Below, piece after piece: positions 40,570-55,411 of a stretch of DNA of 64,000 nt. The position numbers and the translations under genes were made by a program. The stretch is from NCBI GenBank assembly GCA_951406725.2, contig OX597826.1:682001-746000 (forward strand), written 5' to 3'. The first letter of the stretch is position 1. Each line of letters starts with the position of its first letter. This DNA comes from Octopus vulgaris. Taxonomy: Eukaryota. Under the pieces are notes generated by a model. The model was not told where the DNA came from. It made no database searches and saw only the letters and a program-made list of their open reading frames with translations.

Positions 40570-40766
40570 ACAGAAGTATGAAGAAAGAGTGAGAGAAAGT
40601 TGTGGTGAAAGAGTACAGCGGGGTTCACCACCACCACCCACCGGAGCCTCGTGGAGTTTAGGTGTTTTTGCTCAATAAACACTCACAATGCCCGGTCTGG
40701 GAATCGAAAGTGCGTTCTTACGACTGCGAGTCCGCTGGCCTAACCACTGGGCCATTGCGCCTCCAC
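40570..40766 (-). mobile_element. SINE family C (other copies 42953-43260 +, 49940-50215 -, 55548-55850 +)
   Basis: ggaggcgcaatggcccagtggttagg head and aaacacctaaa.ctccacgaggctccgg body. Confidence 0.8.
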
Positions 40767-42019
40767 TTGCTGCTGTTGTTTCTGCTCTTATTGCTATTAT
40801 CGATTCTGTTGTTGATTTTGTTGTTATTGCTGTTGTTGTTATTATCATTGTTGCTGTTTTTGCTGCTTTTGTTATTGTCGTTGTTGCTGCTGCTGTTGTT
40901 CTTACTCTGCGCATGTACATACGTGAGCATGTCCGTCTGTGTGCTTGCGTGTGTATGCCTCCATGTCTGCATGCATGCATATCTGTCTGTCTGTCTGTAT
41001 GTGTGTGTGTATGTATGTATGTATGTATGTATGTATGTATGTATGTATGTATGTGTGTGTGTGTATGTCTGTCTGTCTGTATGTATGTATGTATGTGTGT
41101 CTGTCTGTATGTATGTATGTATGTGTGTATCTGTTTGTATGTATGTATGTGTGTATATATGTACGTATGTATGTTTGTATGTGACCCAAAGAGCGGAAGT
41201 TATTGTCTTTTTTTTGTTTTGTTTTTTTACATAGCTCACGCTATTCTTCTAATGATTAATGTCATCCATGCGCAAGACAGACCGGAAGTAAACAGAACGA
41301 CATATCAGTTATTTTGAAATCAATGAAGACGATCTCTAGCATCTTGCAGTCTCATTTCAGTGTTCTTCTTATTCGTACTGCTGTTGCCGTTTCTTCTGTT
41401 ATTATTATTGATGTTGTCAGGGTATCGGTCAAAATACCCAGCAGTATTTATTCCGGCTCTTTACGTTCTCGGTTCAATTCCTGCCGATGTCAACATTAAC
41501 CTTTCATTCTTCCAGAGTCGATAGAATTGAGTGCCAATCTAATAGTGCACTGTGGTTGACTTAATCGATTAATCCACACCTCAAAATTGCTGGCCTTGTG
41601 CCTAAATTAAAATATTATTATTAGTGATGTTGCTGTTGCTGTTTTAATCAAATTTTATATATGATGGTTTCTAATTTCAGCACAAGACCAACAATTAGGA
41701 AGAGAGGGGAGGGTTGTTGAAACCATCAAATCTAATACTTTTCAGGTACTTTATTTAATGGTTTTGGAAGGGTGAAATCCAAAGTTAACCTCGGCGAGAT
41801 TTGAATTCAGAAGGTAAAACGTCGGAAGAAATACCGCTTAGTATTTTTTCTGATTCTAAAGATTCTTCCAGCACGCCACCTTAAATTTACGAAATATTAA
41901 ATGAAAATATTAACTTCTTAGTTGGACGGCCTCATATATAAGGAGTGTGATAACAGTTGATTGAATCGTTCTTCGTATACTTCTTTGTATACTTCCATCA
42001 CTTTCAGAATCTATGAGTG

Positions 42020-42480
42020 ATCTACACTATCGAGCGCCTTTTAATAGTCAATCCATGATGTGCTCAAGTTCGTTTTCTTGGTTTTTCAGTCTTCAATGAT
42101 CCTTTTGTTTATCAGCAATTGGTTCTTGCATCCGTAGCTCCCTCTTCGACAACCTTTTTGTTCTGGTGGTAGTAGGTTGTTGTCTTCTAGGAATGTGTAT
42201 GTTCTTTCAGTGATTACAGATGTTAATATTTTATAATATTTTAATATTTTATATATTGTTGGTAGACAGGTCTATAGTTCTTTGGGTTTTCTGCGTCATT
42301 TGTTTTTGGTTAGGTATGTCACTCCCTGTGTCAACCAGTCTGGACTATTTTCTGAGTTTTTCACGACTTCGTTGTATGCTGATGACATATCTCCATGTAT
42401 ATCAACTAACTGTTTGATCCAGAATTTGGTACTCAATCTGTTCCCGGTGACTTCCAATTGCTGGCCTTTTTTCAGGGCCA
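42020..42480 (-). pseudogene. R4/Dong-like RT fragment
   Basis: PDWLTQGVTYL...YKILTSVITERTY...EQKGCRRGSYGCKNQLLINK...WIDY. Confidence 0.85.
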
Positions 42481-43949
42481 GGATGACTGGTACTTATATG
42501 CTATGATCTTGAATATGTGAGAAGACGATAAAGATGACATCGGCGGGTATCGAACTCAGAACACAGTACATAGAACTCAATACTATAAATCATTTCGCCT
42601 AGAGCTCTTCTACTCCAAATGAAATGAAATATTAAAGTCCAACAGAAAATGATTTAGTGTTTGAGACGGTTCACACATTTCACTTCCGGTCAGAAGCTTC
42701 TTGATATTCCGATAGAAAAACTTAGGATCTCAAAGTGTAACCTGTTGCTGATTTAGTTCCAGGAGAAACTGATTCAGTAGACTCGTGACCAAAAATGCTT
42801 TATCTATGACCACCCTGCCATTTTCCCTATACACAAAATATTCAGTATGAAGTTATTTGAGGGAGATTTTGGCTACTATTCTTTTTGTCGGTTTAATATA
42901 ATCATGTAGAGGGTGATGTGAGAGGAGAATTGACACTATTATTAGAAATACGTGGAGGCACATGGCCTAGTGGTTAGAGCAGCGAACTCGCGGTCGAGGG
43001 ATCGTGGGTTTGAATCTCAGACCGGCGATGTGTGTGTTTATGAGCGAAACACCTAAGCTCCACGCGGCTCCGACAGAAGGTAATGGCGAACTTCTGCTGA
43101 CTCTTTCGCCACAACTTTCTCTCACTCTTTCCTCCTGCATCTTGCAGCCCACCTACGACGGACCGGCGTCCCGTCTAGGTGGGGAACCTATATGCCAAGG
43201 AAACCGGGAAACCGGCCCTTATGAGCCAGGCATGGCTCGAAAAGGAACAAACTAAAACAAACATTATTAGAAATACAGCAAAATAACCCCCCACCAAAAT
43301 CCATTAATATATAGATTATTGTATAGTTATTTATTACAAAGTACAAAAGCGGACCAATTAACCGATAAACTAGGCACCGGCACTTGGGACTGGCAGTATC
43401 TCGGATTTCTGAATTTCCGGTTTTCTGGACACAGCCTAAATATTTACTTAAAGTATAACCTAAACAATGAAAAGGAAAAAAACTAAATTATATTTAAAAA
43501 ATTCAAATTAGCACATTTCTGAAGCAGGGTCTGTTTGATATTTAATTATTTATTTAAAATTCATAAAATATGAAGAACTTACTTTCAAAACCAGAAATAT
43601 GCATCTGAATTACTTTTGGAGAATTGAGGAAGTTCAGTATCTAAATACATCTGATCTTGATTGGAAGACTAAGATTCGCCTCCTGCCTTTATGGCATCTA
43701 TCCCAGTTTGACTGGAAAAAAATTTTACGTGCGCGAAGCCAGTAGCTGGCAGATTGTATTTTAATGGTTATCATGAAATCGACCAAATATGCACGTATAC
43801 CGGTTTTGAAAATAAGCTCCTCATATCAAATCTTACCATGTTTACAGCATAACATTTTTATGATGAAAATTAAAAGAAGAAAAATAAAGCATATAAATTT
43901 ATTTAACAAATGTAGGTACAAAATAATAACTTTGATAACTTTGATAGAT

Positions 43950-44955
43950 TTCAGCCAGTATAGGCCCAGGCCATGTCTAACTCAATAGCACTACATGGTG
44001 AAGTCTTTTTGTCATATATGGGGCACCACAACTCAATCTAGCAAAGAGTTATTATTGTTGGAGACATATCCGGGTGTAGGAGGTTGGTCCGGGAGTTTTT
44101 GAAGAAATTTGTCCAGTGAACATTTGAATTTTATGGGATCCGTTTTGATGTATTTTGGTATGGTATTAAAGAGAGCTGGACCAGCTGAGGTAAAGCAATG
44201 TTGCTATGTGTACCGAGTTCGATTTTTGTAGTGGGCGAATAGCACGGGGGCCAAGTCTTGGATGGATTTTAAAATTGATGCTAACATCATTTGTGCAATA
44301 TTGATGGAATATTTTTCACATAACACAAATAATGTAGCGCTCCCGACAGCGTAGGAGAGAGAAGAGATTGGATTTTTTTTTAGTCGGCCCCAATAATCAA
44401 TGCCTCTCATGCCGTCTATCTTTCTTGTTATTGACCTATGAGCTGATTCTACTTTCATAATGAGTTGCTTCGTATGGGGAGACCACAGTAGGCAACAGTA
44501 CCCAAGGTGGGGTCGGGCAAAAGTAGAGTAGAGAAAAATGATGGTGTAGGCATCTCTAGACCGGGAAGTTCTCAAAATCCAGGAGCACATCTTGCAGGCC
44601 AAGTCAACCTTACTGTTTACGTGGGAATTCCAGCTTAGATTGCTTTCAACAATTACTCCAAGATCTCTGATTGTGTTGGCTGACACTAGGGAGTTGCCTG
44701 AGGGAAGAGCATATGGTAATTTCAGAGTTTCCTCTTTCCCAAAGTGGATCAAATCAAACTTATCTTCATTTAAAAGCATATTGTTTTTTTCCGCCTGTTG
44801 GACAATAGCAAATGGATCTGACTGAAGGTATGTTCGGTCTGTCATGCCGTTTATGGCTTTCTGGAGTTTGGAATCATCTGCAAAGATTTTCAATGTAGAA
44901 TGTTTGATGACATCTATTATGTCGTTGATGTAAATAATAAAGAGGAGTGGGCAGC
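43950..44955 (-). pseudogene. CR1-like LINE 3' part (RT C-terminus and tail)
   Basis: PLLFIIYIND...KIFADDSKL...RDLGVIV...RPHLGYCCLLWSP. Confidence 0.9.
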
Positions 44956-45628
44956 AGAGGATGTTTAATCTTTATCAAAACACTTTAAAATTTTAAGAAC
45001 AAATTTTTTTTTTGTTTTTTAATATTTTAATGTTTTTTTAGTGTTTTAATTTTTTTTCTGTGCATTTTAATGGTTATCATGAAATTGACCAAATGTGCAT
45101 GTATACCGGTTTTGAAAGTAAGCTACTCATATCAAACCTTACCATGTTTACAGTATAATGTTTTTATGACCACCTTCAGAAACAGGGTCTGTTTACTCAA
45201 TACAGGGTACAGTATATTGCCTAATATTGCACAGTATTCCCGGACTTCTGGCAATTCCGGATTTCTAGAAGCCAGATAAACAGTCCGGTACTGCATAACG
45301 AACGTCTGCTACATCTGTAAGTTGTTTGATAGTCTTAAATGGCTGAACACAAGATTGCACCGGGTGTTGTATTTCGGAGACTTCAGAACAAATAGACGAG
45401 GGGGACCAATAAACCACTTTGATATTTACTGGCAGAGATACACAGAATGAAACTGAGCTCTTAGCAAATCTATTGGGATAAAGAATCCTGCTGCTATGTT
45501 ATATAATCTCCAAAGTGTATTTTTAAAAGTCAATTTAAAATGACACACCCTTTTAGTGTGAGAGGCTGTGCACACATTGCGTAATATCAGAGGGAGTATA
45601 ATAAAAAGCTAACAAATTGTGACGCTGG

Positions 45629-45680
<52 letters not shown>

Positions 45681-45734
45681 CCCGGGTTGATTCGGGGTTA
45701 ACCACAGTAAATAAGGTACTCAATATATATAATA

Positions 45735-45767
<33 letters not shown>

Positions 45768-45978
45768 TTACTCTTGAATCTTTTACTCTTTTACTTGTTT
45801 CAGTCATTTGACTGCGGCCATGCTAGAGCACCGCCTTTAGTCGAGCAAGTCGACCCCAGGACTTATTCTTTGTAAGCTTAGTACTTATTCTATCGGTCTC
45901 TTTTGCCAAACCGCTAAGTTACGGGGATGTAAACACACCAGCATCGGTTGTCAAGTGATGTTGAGGGGACAAACACAG

Positions 45979-46009
<31 letters not shown>

Positions 46010-46321
46010 AAGATATATATATACACACACATATACGACAGGCTTCTTTCAGTTTCCGTCTACCAAATCCACTCAAAAAGGCTTTGGTCGGCTTGAGGCT
46101 ATAGTAGAAGACACTTGCCCAAGTTGCCACGCTGTGGGACTGAACCCGGAACTATGTTATCGGTAAGTAAGCCACTTACCACACACCCACTCCATATATT
46201 GTATGCGTGACAAATATATTACAAGCATCACAGTTTGTCACGATTATTTCGTAATATCAGAGCACGATAAAAGCGTGACAAATGATAATGCTTGTTATAT
46301 AGACACACACACACACACGCA

Positions 46322-46367
<46 letters not shown>

Positions 46368-46400
46368 ATAATAATAATAATAATAATAATAATTATAATT

Positions 46401-46456
<56 letters not shown>

Positions 46457-46461
46457 TATTA

Positions 46462-46511
<50 letters not shown>

Positions 46512-47067
46512 GAGTGAGAGAGCAGTGCATGCCATCAAAGTGACACTGGGGTACAGATATACGAAGCCCAGTATACCCATCATGACTACCCCTCTGATAA
46601 GAGTACACCAGGCACATGCATCACAACCATATGTGCGCGACATGGTGATCTCATATCAAGATAAACAGCACATGACCTTGCAGGTGGGGCCCAGTTAGAA
46701 TTTTCTTCTGGTCGAGTAACCCATCCTTCACAAAAGGTCCCTGAGTAAGGGTTGTTTAAGGATGTTGAACGAAACACCCATGTTTCCAGGGGGGAATTAT
46801 TCAAACCCCAAAGAATCCCTCTCAACACACGGCTATGATACTCCCCCCACTACTTCTGCTCGTGATCAGAGATGCACATATCGTCAGCCACTAAGGGACA
46901 TGCTCAACTGGTTAAGGTCAAACAACTGACAAGTAAATCTGTGGTATTGAGCAGAATATTTGCTGTAGCTCATCTTTTATACCAAGACAAAACAATGTAC
47001 ATGATAACACTTCCAATCAGTTAAGATCAGAAGCTATGATAACCACTGCCTGTTACTGCATCAGGGC

Positions 47068-47068
<1 letters not shown>
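46512..47068 (-). mobile_element. ~550-bp non-coding repeat in (TAA)n, copy 2
   Basis: Near-identical to 5660-6208. Confidence 0.85.
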
Positions 47069-47142
<74 letters not shown>

Positions 47143-47147
<5 letters not shown>

Positions 47148-47883
47148 TATATTTGACTTTTGCTTTATATTTGTACAAGTTTGCTCCAAGTCTCACCCAG
47201 AGACCTCAAGAGACAACAGGTTGGAAGTTCACGTTGTTGTTATGCCTAATGTGCCATATATTTGGGGTTTTTTTTTTGGTGTTGCACTAGTGAATGTCTA
47301 AAAAAAATTATGTTTGTTTTAAACCTTGAGATTACATAGAAAGTATTTTGTGTAGGATATGAGCAGTTCCCATGAGCACTATCTTTTGAATTTCTGCCAT
47401 TTTGGGGTTTCCTGGTATCTGAGTTAGGTAGCAATCAGCCCCTTTTGCTATCATTCCCAGGGCACCTATGACAGCAGGTATTGTTTTAGTCTTCAGGTTC
47501 CACATTTTGCTGATTTCTATTTCAAGATCTTTATATTTGCTCTGTTTTTGGTAGGTCTTGACAGATACGTTTATATCGATTGGGACAGTCATATCAATGA
47601 AGAGACATGTTCTTTGTCTGAAGTCTTTCAATATGATGTCTGGCGTATTTGCATCGATCTTTCTGTCAGTTTGAATGGTGAAGTTCCAGAAGAGTGAGAT
47701 GTGGCCATTTTCAAGCACTGGAGGTGGTTTGTGTTCCCACCAGTTTTTTTCATGGGTCAAATCCATGTTTTTGCAAATTACCCAGTGAATATATTGTGCA
47801 GCTCTATCAGCGCCTGTTGAGATACTCTGTAGGCGCAAGAAGACTGCACTTGGAGACAACATGATCAATGGTTTAGACAACAT
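47143..47883 (-). pseudogene. R4/Dong-like LINE 3' end with restriction-like endonuclease
   Basis: QYIHW...TDRKIDANTPDI..D...IDMTVP...KYKDL...IGALG; (TAA)n on both sides. Confidence 0.9.
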
Positions 47884-47884
47884 G

Positions 47885-47929
<45 letters not shown>

Positions 47930-47931
47930 GT

Positions 47932-48006
<75 letters not shown>

Positions 48007-48656
48007 TCAGGCTGTATTTTTTATTGGTGCTGAAGTTTAGGGGTAAAAAGAAATACATTAAAGCGGGACAGGGTAGGAGAAAAATGACAGAACGATTAAG
48101 AATAGGAAATTTACGAGGTAAGCGCTGAGAAATCTTAAGTGATTAAAAACTACCCAATTATACCAATCAATATGATGGGGGAAATATCTCATTAACAAGC
48201 CTGAGTGTTCAACTTCAAGGTATCATCTGACGACCTCGTTTTGGCTTCCTTCATTCGCAGACGATACTACTTGGCGAGTGAAGATTATTATGAAATATGC
48301 CGTTGAAGAATTGATTTTCATACTTAGAGAATGCTAAAATAAGTTATTTTTATATCTTGTATCGACCTCAGCAACTAGTTGAGTCACGGGGAAATGATTA
48401 AGAAAGTAGTACGGAAGTAGCTAGGATAGAAAATTTTCGATAAAGTTAGAAACTCTTGAAAATTCGCGACATGAAATGACAATTAAAAGTGATTGAAAAG
48501 GATAAGATTGTTTCGTTTTACTGATTAAATATGCACACTGCCTCGCGTGCATAACTGTATATATGTGACTACGTGTGTACGTGCGTATGCATGTGCGTAC
48601 GCATGTCTTCTTGTTTTCGCTTAATTGTCGACAAGCCTATGTGAATGATGTTCACT

Positions 48657-48786
<130 letters not shown>

Positions 48787-48789
48787 CTT

Positions 48790-49535
48790 AAAATAAAATA
48801 TGGTCCGTTGTCTTTTGCTAAACTGGGGTCATCTCTCGACCTTAGGGTCATAGCAGGTCCTCATCTCATGGAGAGTACACGGCGTAAAATGTGTGCGGAA
48901 CCTAGCAACACTATTTTCTGAAGTTCTCCCGCGTTAATACTGCAAGGGAGTTTGTTGAGCTGCTTATCAAGGCCCTTTTTAATTAGCCCTAGCGCTCTAA
49001 TCCCCACTGGCGCTGTGCTGCTTTTCATTCCCCACATCTTGGTCACTTCTATTTCTAGGTCTTTGTACTTAAATAACTTCTCAACTTCTTTAATGGACAC
49101 GTTTCTCTCTGATGGTACTGTCACATCTATCATTAAGCATTTCTTATTCTTCCAATCTTTGATGATTATATCCGGCCTGTTTGCCTTGATTTCTTTATCG
49201 GTGTTGATTGGCATGTCCCAGATTACTGTTACATTATCTTTTCCAGTCACAGTTTCGGGTTTATGCTGGTACCATCTTTCTGAAGCTGGAAGCTGGTAGT
49301 GTTTACGTATCTTCCAATGGATATATTGCGCTACTCTATCATGTCTCTGAATATATTCGGTTTCTGCCAACTGTGCATCCAGTTCAGATGTGGTCCACTG
49401 TTTCATCCTGCTCATGACACATTCTGCATTTCGGGTCAGTGCCATCGTTCATTATTTTGTTGTGGTAAGCCCTGGTTGCCAAGCTTTGATCTTGTACTGC
49501 TATAATAAGTCCTGAGCTCTTCATCCATACGAAAT
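48790..49535 (-). pseudogene. R4/Dong-like LINE 3' end, another subfamily
   Basis: AVQDQSL...CRMC...DHI...RHDRVAQYIHW...ANRPDIII.D...IDVTVP. Confidence 0.9.
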
Positions 49536-50213
49536 CATTATTGTTGTTGTTGTTGTTGTTATTATTATTATCATTATTATTCAAAACAGTTTGATTCGGC
49601 CGAATCCAACTGTTTTAAATAATAATATAAATAACATCTAATGAGGCGAGCTGGCAGAGTGGTTAGCACGCCGGGCGAAATGCTCAGCGGTATTCCGTCT
49701 GTCTTTACATTTTGATTTCAAATTCTGCCGAGGTTGACTTTGTCTTTCATTCTTTCGGGGTCGATAAATTAAGTAACCTTTGCTTAGTGGGGTCGATCTA
49801 ATCGATTGGCTCCCTCCCCAAAAATTTTGGGCCTTGTGCCTAGAATAGAAAAGAATATATGTAACTCCTACAAAATATGTTGGATGCTTCTTTCTTTCGT
49901 TTGTCCACTCACTCGTATATGTATATATATATATTATTTATGCGCCCTTTTCAAGCCTAGCCAGGCTCATGGGCCCGGTTTCTGTGGCGCATGTGTTCCC
50001 AGTCCATCGCAGCGTTACTCAAGAAACAGGAAGAGAGAGTGAGAGAAAGTTGGGGGCGAAAGAGTACAACAGGGGTCGCCACCACCCCCTGCCTGAGCCT
50101 CGCGGAGCTTTAGGTGTTTTCGCTCAATAAACACACACAACGCCCGGTCTGGCAATCGAAACCGTGTTCCTCCGACCGCGAGTCCGCTCCCTAACCACTG
50201 AGCCATTGAGCCT

Positions 50214-50322
<109 letters not shown>

Positions 50323-50849
50323 GATGGGCTTCTTTCAGTTTCTGTCTACCAAATCCACTCACAAGACTTTGATCGCCCGAGGCTATAGTAGAAGACATTC
50401 CCTAGGTGCCACGCAGTGGGATTGAACCCGGAACCAGGAGATTAGTAAGCACACAGCCACTCCTGCGCCTATATATATATTTGTATACAGAGTTAAATAA
50501 GATTCAGGTGAAAACCATGTATCATGCTATGCAAAGCTTGTCTACAGTTATTGGCTACCTGATGTCATCATACAGTGGAAATGATACTGCAACTGAATAT
50601 ACAGCAGGAATTCGATAGTATCCGTAGAGTTTATATAAATTCACAAATGAAAGAAAATGGGAAAAACGACATTCTATATTTTTAAAATGATTACAATTGT
50701 TGCGATGCATTTCTACTCAAGTAGTACATAGGTGAAATGCTGAGTAATCATTATTTTATTTCCAAGGTGTAAAATGTGCTTCTTCGAGTGATTGCTTCAA
50801 GACGTTCTTCCTTTGACCCTTTTGCCCTTTTACACAGTGTGATGTGTCA

Positions 50850-51070
50850 TTTCCAATCAGGAACATATGAAGAACGCATGGGTCAGGTTCCGGAGCTGTC
50901 TTGACGCCCTAGTGGAAGCTGAAGGTGTATACTCTGAGTAAACCTTTATCTCCCAGCGATAATCTTGTTGCTATTTTTTAAAAAAATTATACTTTTTTTC
51001 GTTTAAATGACAGCTGTTCTTTTTTTTTTCGTTTAAATGCCGACTGTCAAATTTAGCTCGGACTCTCGGT
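50850..51070 (+). mobile_element. maT-like transposase C-terminal remnant
   Basis: RFRSCLDALVEAEGVYSE* resembles the C-terminus at 32960-33026. Confidence 0.55.
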
Positions 51071-51524
51071 ACATACATACATACATACATACATACATAC
51101 ATACATACATACATACATACATACTTACATACATACATACATACATACATACTTACATACATACATACATTCATACATACATACATACATACTTACATAC
51201 ATACATACATACATACATTCATACATACATACATACATACATGCATGCATACATACATACATACATACATACATACATACATACATACTTACATACATAC
51301 ATACATACATACATACATTCATACATACATACATACATACATGCATGCATACATACATACATACATACATACATACATACATACATACATACATACATAC
51401 ATACATACATACATACATACATACATACATACATACATACATACATACATACATACATACATACATACATACATACATACATACATACATACATACATAC
51501 ATACATACATACATACATACATAC

Positions 51525-51555
<31 letters not shown>

Positions 51556-51803
51556 CATGCATGCATACATACATACATACATACTTACATACATACATAC
51601 ATACATATATACATACATACATACATACATACATACATGCATGCATACATACATACATACATACATACATACATACATACATACATACATACATACATAC
51701 ATACATACATACATACATACATACATACATACATACATACATACATACATACATACATACATACATACATACATACATACATACATACATACATACATAC
51801 ATA
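51070..51803. repeat. ~730-bp (TACA)n microsatellite
   Basis: Direct reading. Confidence 0.97.
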
Positions 51804-52644
51804 CTGCTTCGAAACCTCCAACTTCTATATCCGGATTATAAATTTACATTTATACCAATAATAATTGAAGCATTTCGTTTTGTAAGCCTAACTGTCGGTT
51901 TGGATATGCTTTGATTTTCAGAAAAAGAAACCAACCGACTGATTCACACATCACAAATACAATCAGTAAGCGGAACGGTTAGACTATGCAAGACTTTTCT
52001 CAAGTTTAAAATGTGACATAGTTTTCGTTATCTACATTCCAAACATGGAGTTTTGTATCTTTGTTAGAAACCAGAGGAATAATTTAAATAATTAAATACA
52101 GAAGAGAATACATCCATCCATCCATCCATAAATCCATCCATCCATACAATCATCCATCCATACATCCATCCATACATCCATCCATACATCCATCCATACA
52201 TCCATCCATCCATACATCCATCCATACATACATACATACATACATACATCCATCCATACATACATACATACATACATACATACATACATACATACATCCA
52301 TCCATCCATACATACATACATACATACATACATACATACATGCACAAATACATATATATGATATGGACTCACACGCATGCACACACCACACGCTCACGCT
52401 TACACACAATTATATGTGTGCGCATGTGTGAGTATATACGTTTGCTTCAGGAAGTGCTTTGCGTTATTCTTACCCTTCCCTTAAACCCCCACCTCAACCA
52501 CTACTACCTTCTCTACCAAACCACCACAACAAAATTTTAAAATAAGGCAATATATTAATATATTGATATATGAATAAATAAATATATGAATAAATAAATA
52601 AATATATAAATAAATAAATAACTCAAATCGCACGCATTTCCGCC

Positions 52645-52680
52645 GTTGCTTGGTAACAGGATCAGTGATATGATTGGCTG
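52645..52680. promoter_or_regulatory. Candidate RFX X-box plus inverted CCAAT box
   Basis: GTTGCTTGGTAAC at 52645-52657 and TGATTGGCTG at 52671-52680 in non-repetitive sequence. Confidence 0.35.
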
Positions 52681-52793
52681 AATGGAAGATGTCATCTTTT
52701 CTTTTGAATTATGGTTACACTACTAAGTCATTGGTTAAATTTTTAGCTATAAGGATCGATTTGCTTCTTTCTCCGAGGATTAGCTGTATAAAC

Positions 52794-52830
52794 ATGCTTA
52801 ATAGTACATTGCTAGTCATGCCGCGGAATG
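52794..52830 (+). CDS. Candidate short first coding exon
   Basis: aaacATG...MLNSTLLVMPRN G|GTAAGA donor, ~115 bp downstream of the CCAAT motif. Confidence 0.25.
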
Positions 52831-53279
52831 GTAAGATTGGTAATGGATAATAGCAAAGTTGGCCTCTGTGTGTATATGTGCAGTTGAGTATATGCGTGTC
52901 TATTTGTGTTTTCGCATATCATCCTATGCTACAATGTATCATGTGTAGAAGCTTCAATACATAGTTTTTCAGATGGATGAATATTGAAGAGTAGCATAAT
53001 GAGAAAATGTGACACAAATATATCAGAGATGTGTGACAAAACATGTTCCATTTACATATATTTAAATGATCCTTTCTATTATAGACACAACGTCTGAAGT
53101 TTTGGGAGGGTGTGTCGATTACATCGACCCCAGCACTCAACTCGTACTTATTTCCACAGGATGAAATGCGAAGTCCATCTCCTGCAGAGTTAGAACTCAG
53201 AACATAAAGACAGACGAAATACTGCTAAGCATTTTTTTCCAGTGTGCTAATGATTCTACCAGCTAACTGCCTTCATATA

Positions 53280-53740
53280 TTCATTCTACGCCATCGTCTC
53301 CGCTGGTTGGGTCACGTACAGCGTATGGAGCCCTCTCGTCTCCCAAGAATCATGCTCTACGAAGAACTTGCAATAGGAACAAGACCCAGAGGAGGTCCGA
53401 AATTTCGTTTTAAACACCAGCTCAAACGGACCTTGGCTCAAGTTAACATCCAACCAACCTCATGGGAACAGACTGTCTTGGATAGGAAAGCCTGGAGGAC
53501 TGCTATCCGCTATGGAGCCAGCTCCTTCGAGCAGAATAGACAAAAGAATGAGGAGACAAAACCAGGAGAAGAAAGGAACGTCTTCAGCATCATCGACCTG
53601 CACTGACCACGACTCTTTGACCACCGACTTGGTCTCCAAAGTTACTTTCGGCTCAAACATCAAACGAGGAGACTGGATGGATACTGACCAGCCTAGTGGT
53701 CGAATACGAGCTGGAACCGACCATTCATGTAATAATAAAC
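53280..53740 (+). pseudogene. RTE (BovB-like) LINE 3' end
   Basis: RLRWLGHVQRM...LPRIMLY.EL..G.RPRGGPKFRFKHQLK...DRKAWR. Confidence 0.9.
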
Positions 53741-53744
53741 AGAT

Positions 53745-53844
<100 letters not shown>

Positions 53845-54265
53845 ATATACATATATATATTCTTTTATTTCTTTACTTTTTTTCAGTCATTTAACTGCGG
53901 CCATGCTGGAGCATCACCTTTAGTGGAACGAATCGACTTGAGGTTGTTCTTTGTAAGCCTACTACTTATTCTATCACTCTATTTTGCTGAACCGCTAAGT
54001 TACGGGGACGTAAACACTCCATCATCGGTGTCAAGCGATGATGGGGGGGGACAAGACACACGCAACAACATACATAAATACATGTTTGTGTGTATGTATA
54101 TATATATATATATACGACGGACCTCTTTCAGTTTCCGTCTACCAAATCCACGCACAAGACTTTGACCAGCCCGAGGCTGTAGAAGAAGACACTTGGCCAA
54201 GGTATCACGCAGTGGGGCTGAATTCAGAACCATGCGATTTAAAAACAAGCTTCTTACCACACAAA

Positions 54266-54310
<45 letters not shown>

Positions 54311-54366
54311 CATACATACACACATACATACATACATACACACACATACATACATACATACATACA

Positions 54367-54439
<73 letters not shown>

Positions 54440-54781
54440 GAGTTCAAATTTGTAGAAAACAAGTAAAGAAGACAGGTGAAGAATGAACGACAAGCAGGGG
54501 TTTGACGTCAGGAAGATTGGAAAAGTCTTTGACGTCTTTGACCATTCTTGTTGATGATGTCTGGGTGATTCTTCCCAGTCATTCTCATTCCTTATTCCAT
54601 CCAGTAGACCTTGCTTCCATCATCGAAACATATGCACATATAAATATACGCGCGTGTCTTTTATGGGTAAGGGATAAAGACACCCTTCACGGGATTGCAC
54701 AAACAATCAATGCTATGAATGTTCTCTACTAAGTATATATACATACATACACACATACATATATATATAAATATATATATA

Positions 54782-55411
54782 TATATTGTATAGAGAGCAT
54801 TGTTACACATAAATGCCTCACACTAAGAGGGACAAAGTCATTACTACCAAAATTACACTAATCATACTTAATGCAGTTCTTCAAAGAACTGATAATTTCT
54901 TGTTAAGATTCCTTATTAAGAAGTTATCCTTAATTGTTAAATTTATTCCGAAATACTTTTCTTATCCGACATGCAGTTCGAAAAAGCCCGCCATTTACCG
55001 AATATATGATTTATAAACATTCCATGTGCTTGGCCAGAGTGAATAGATGTCTGTTCGTCTTCGCTAGGTAAGGTTGGTGGTTTAATTATGATGTGTTCAG
55101 AATCAGTTCTGCTGATGATCATAGACGTAAGTTAAATGTGAAATCACTGTGATACAGAACTAAATTCATTTTTTTAAATGTCTTGCTTTGAAGAACTGCA
55201 TTAAGTATGATTAGTGTAATTTTGGTAGTAATGACTTTGTCCCTCTTAGTGTGAGGCATTTATGTGTAATAATGCCCTCTATACAATATAAATTAATTTG
55301 TTCAAAAGGAAAGGAATTATTTTCGAATTCTTTTCTCTTATGAGGTTTTTCACGCTAACTACCTGATAATTTCTTGTTAAGATTCCTTATTAAGAAGTTA
55401 TCCTTAATTGT

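Noticed and set aside
46775-46905. Type III hammerhead in the 550-bp repeat (catGTC...CTGACGA...GAAAcatg, minus strand)
   Set aside because: Helix I only 2 bp, helix II cannot close, and the site is altered in copy 1
50508-50618. Short open frame VKTMYHAMQSLSTVIGYL... as an exon
   Set aside because: Weak acceptor, no recognisable homology
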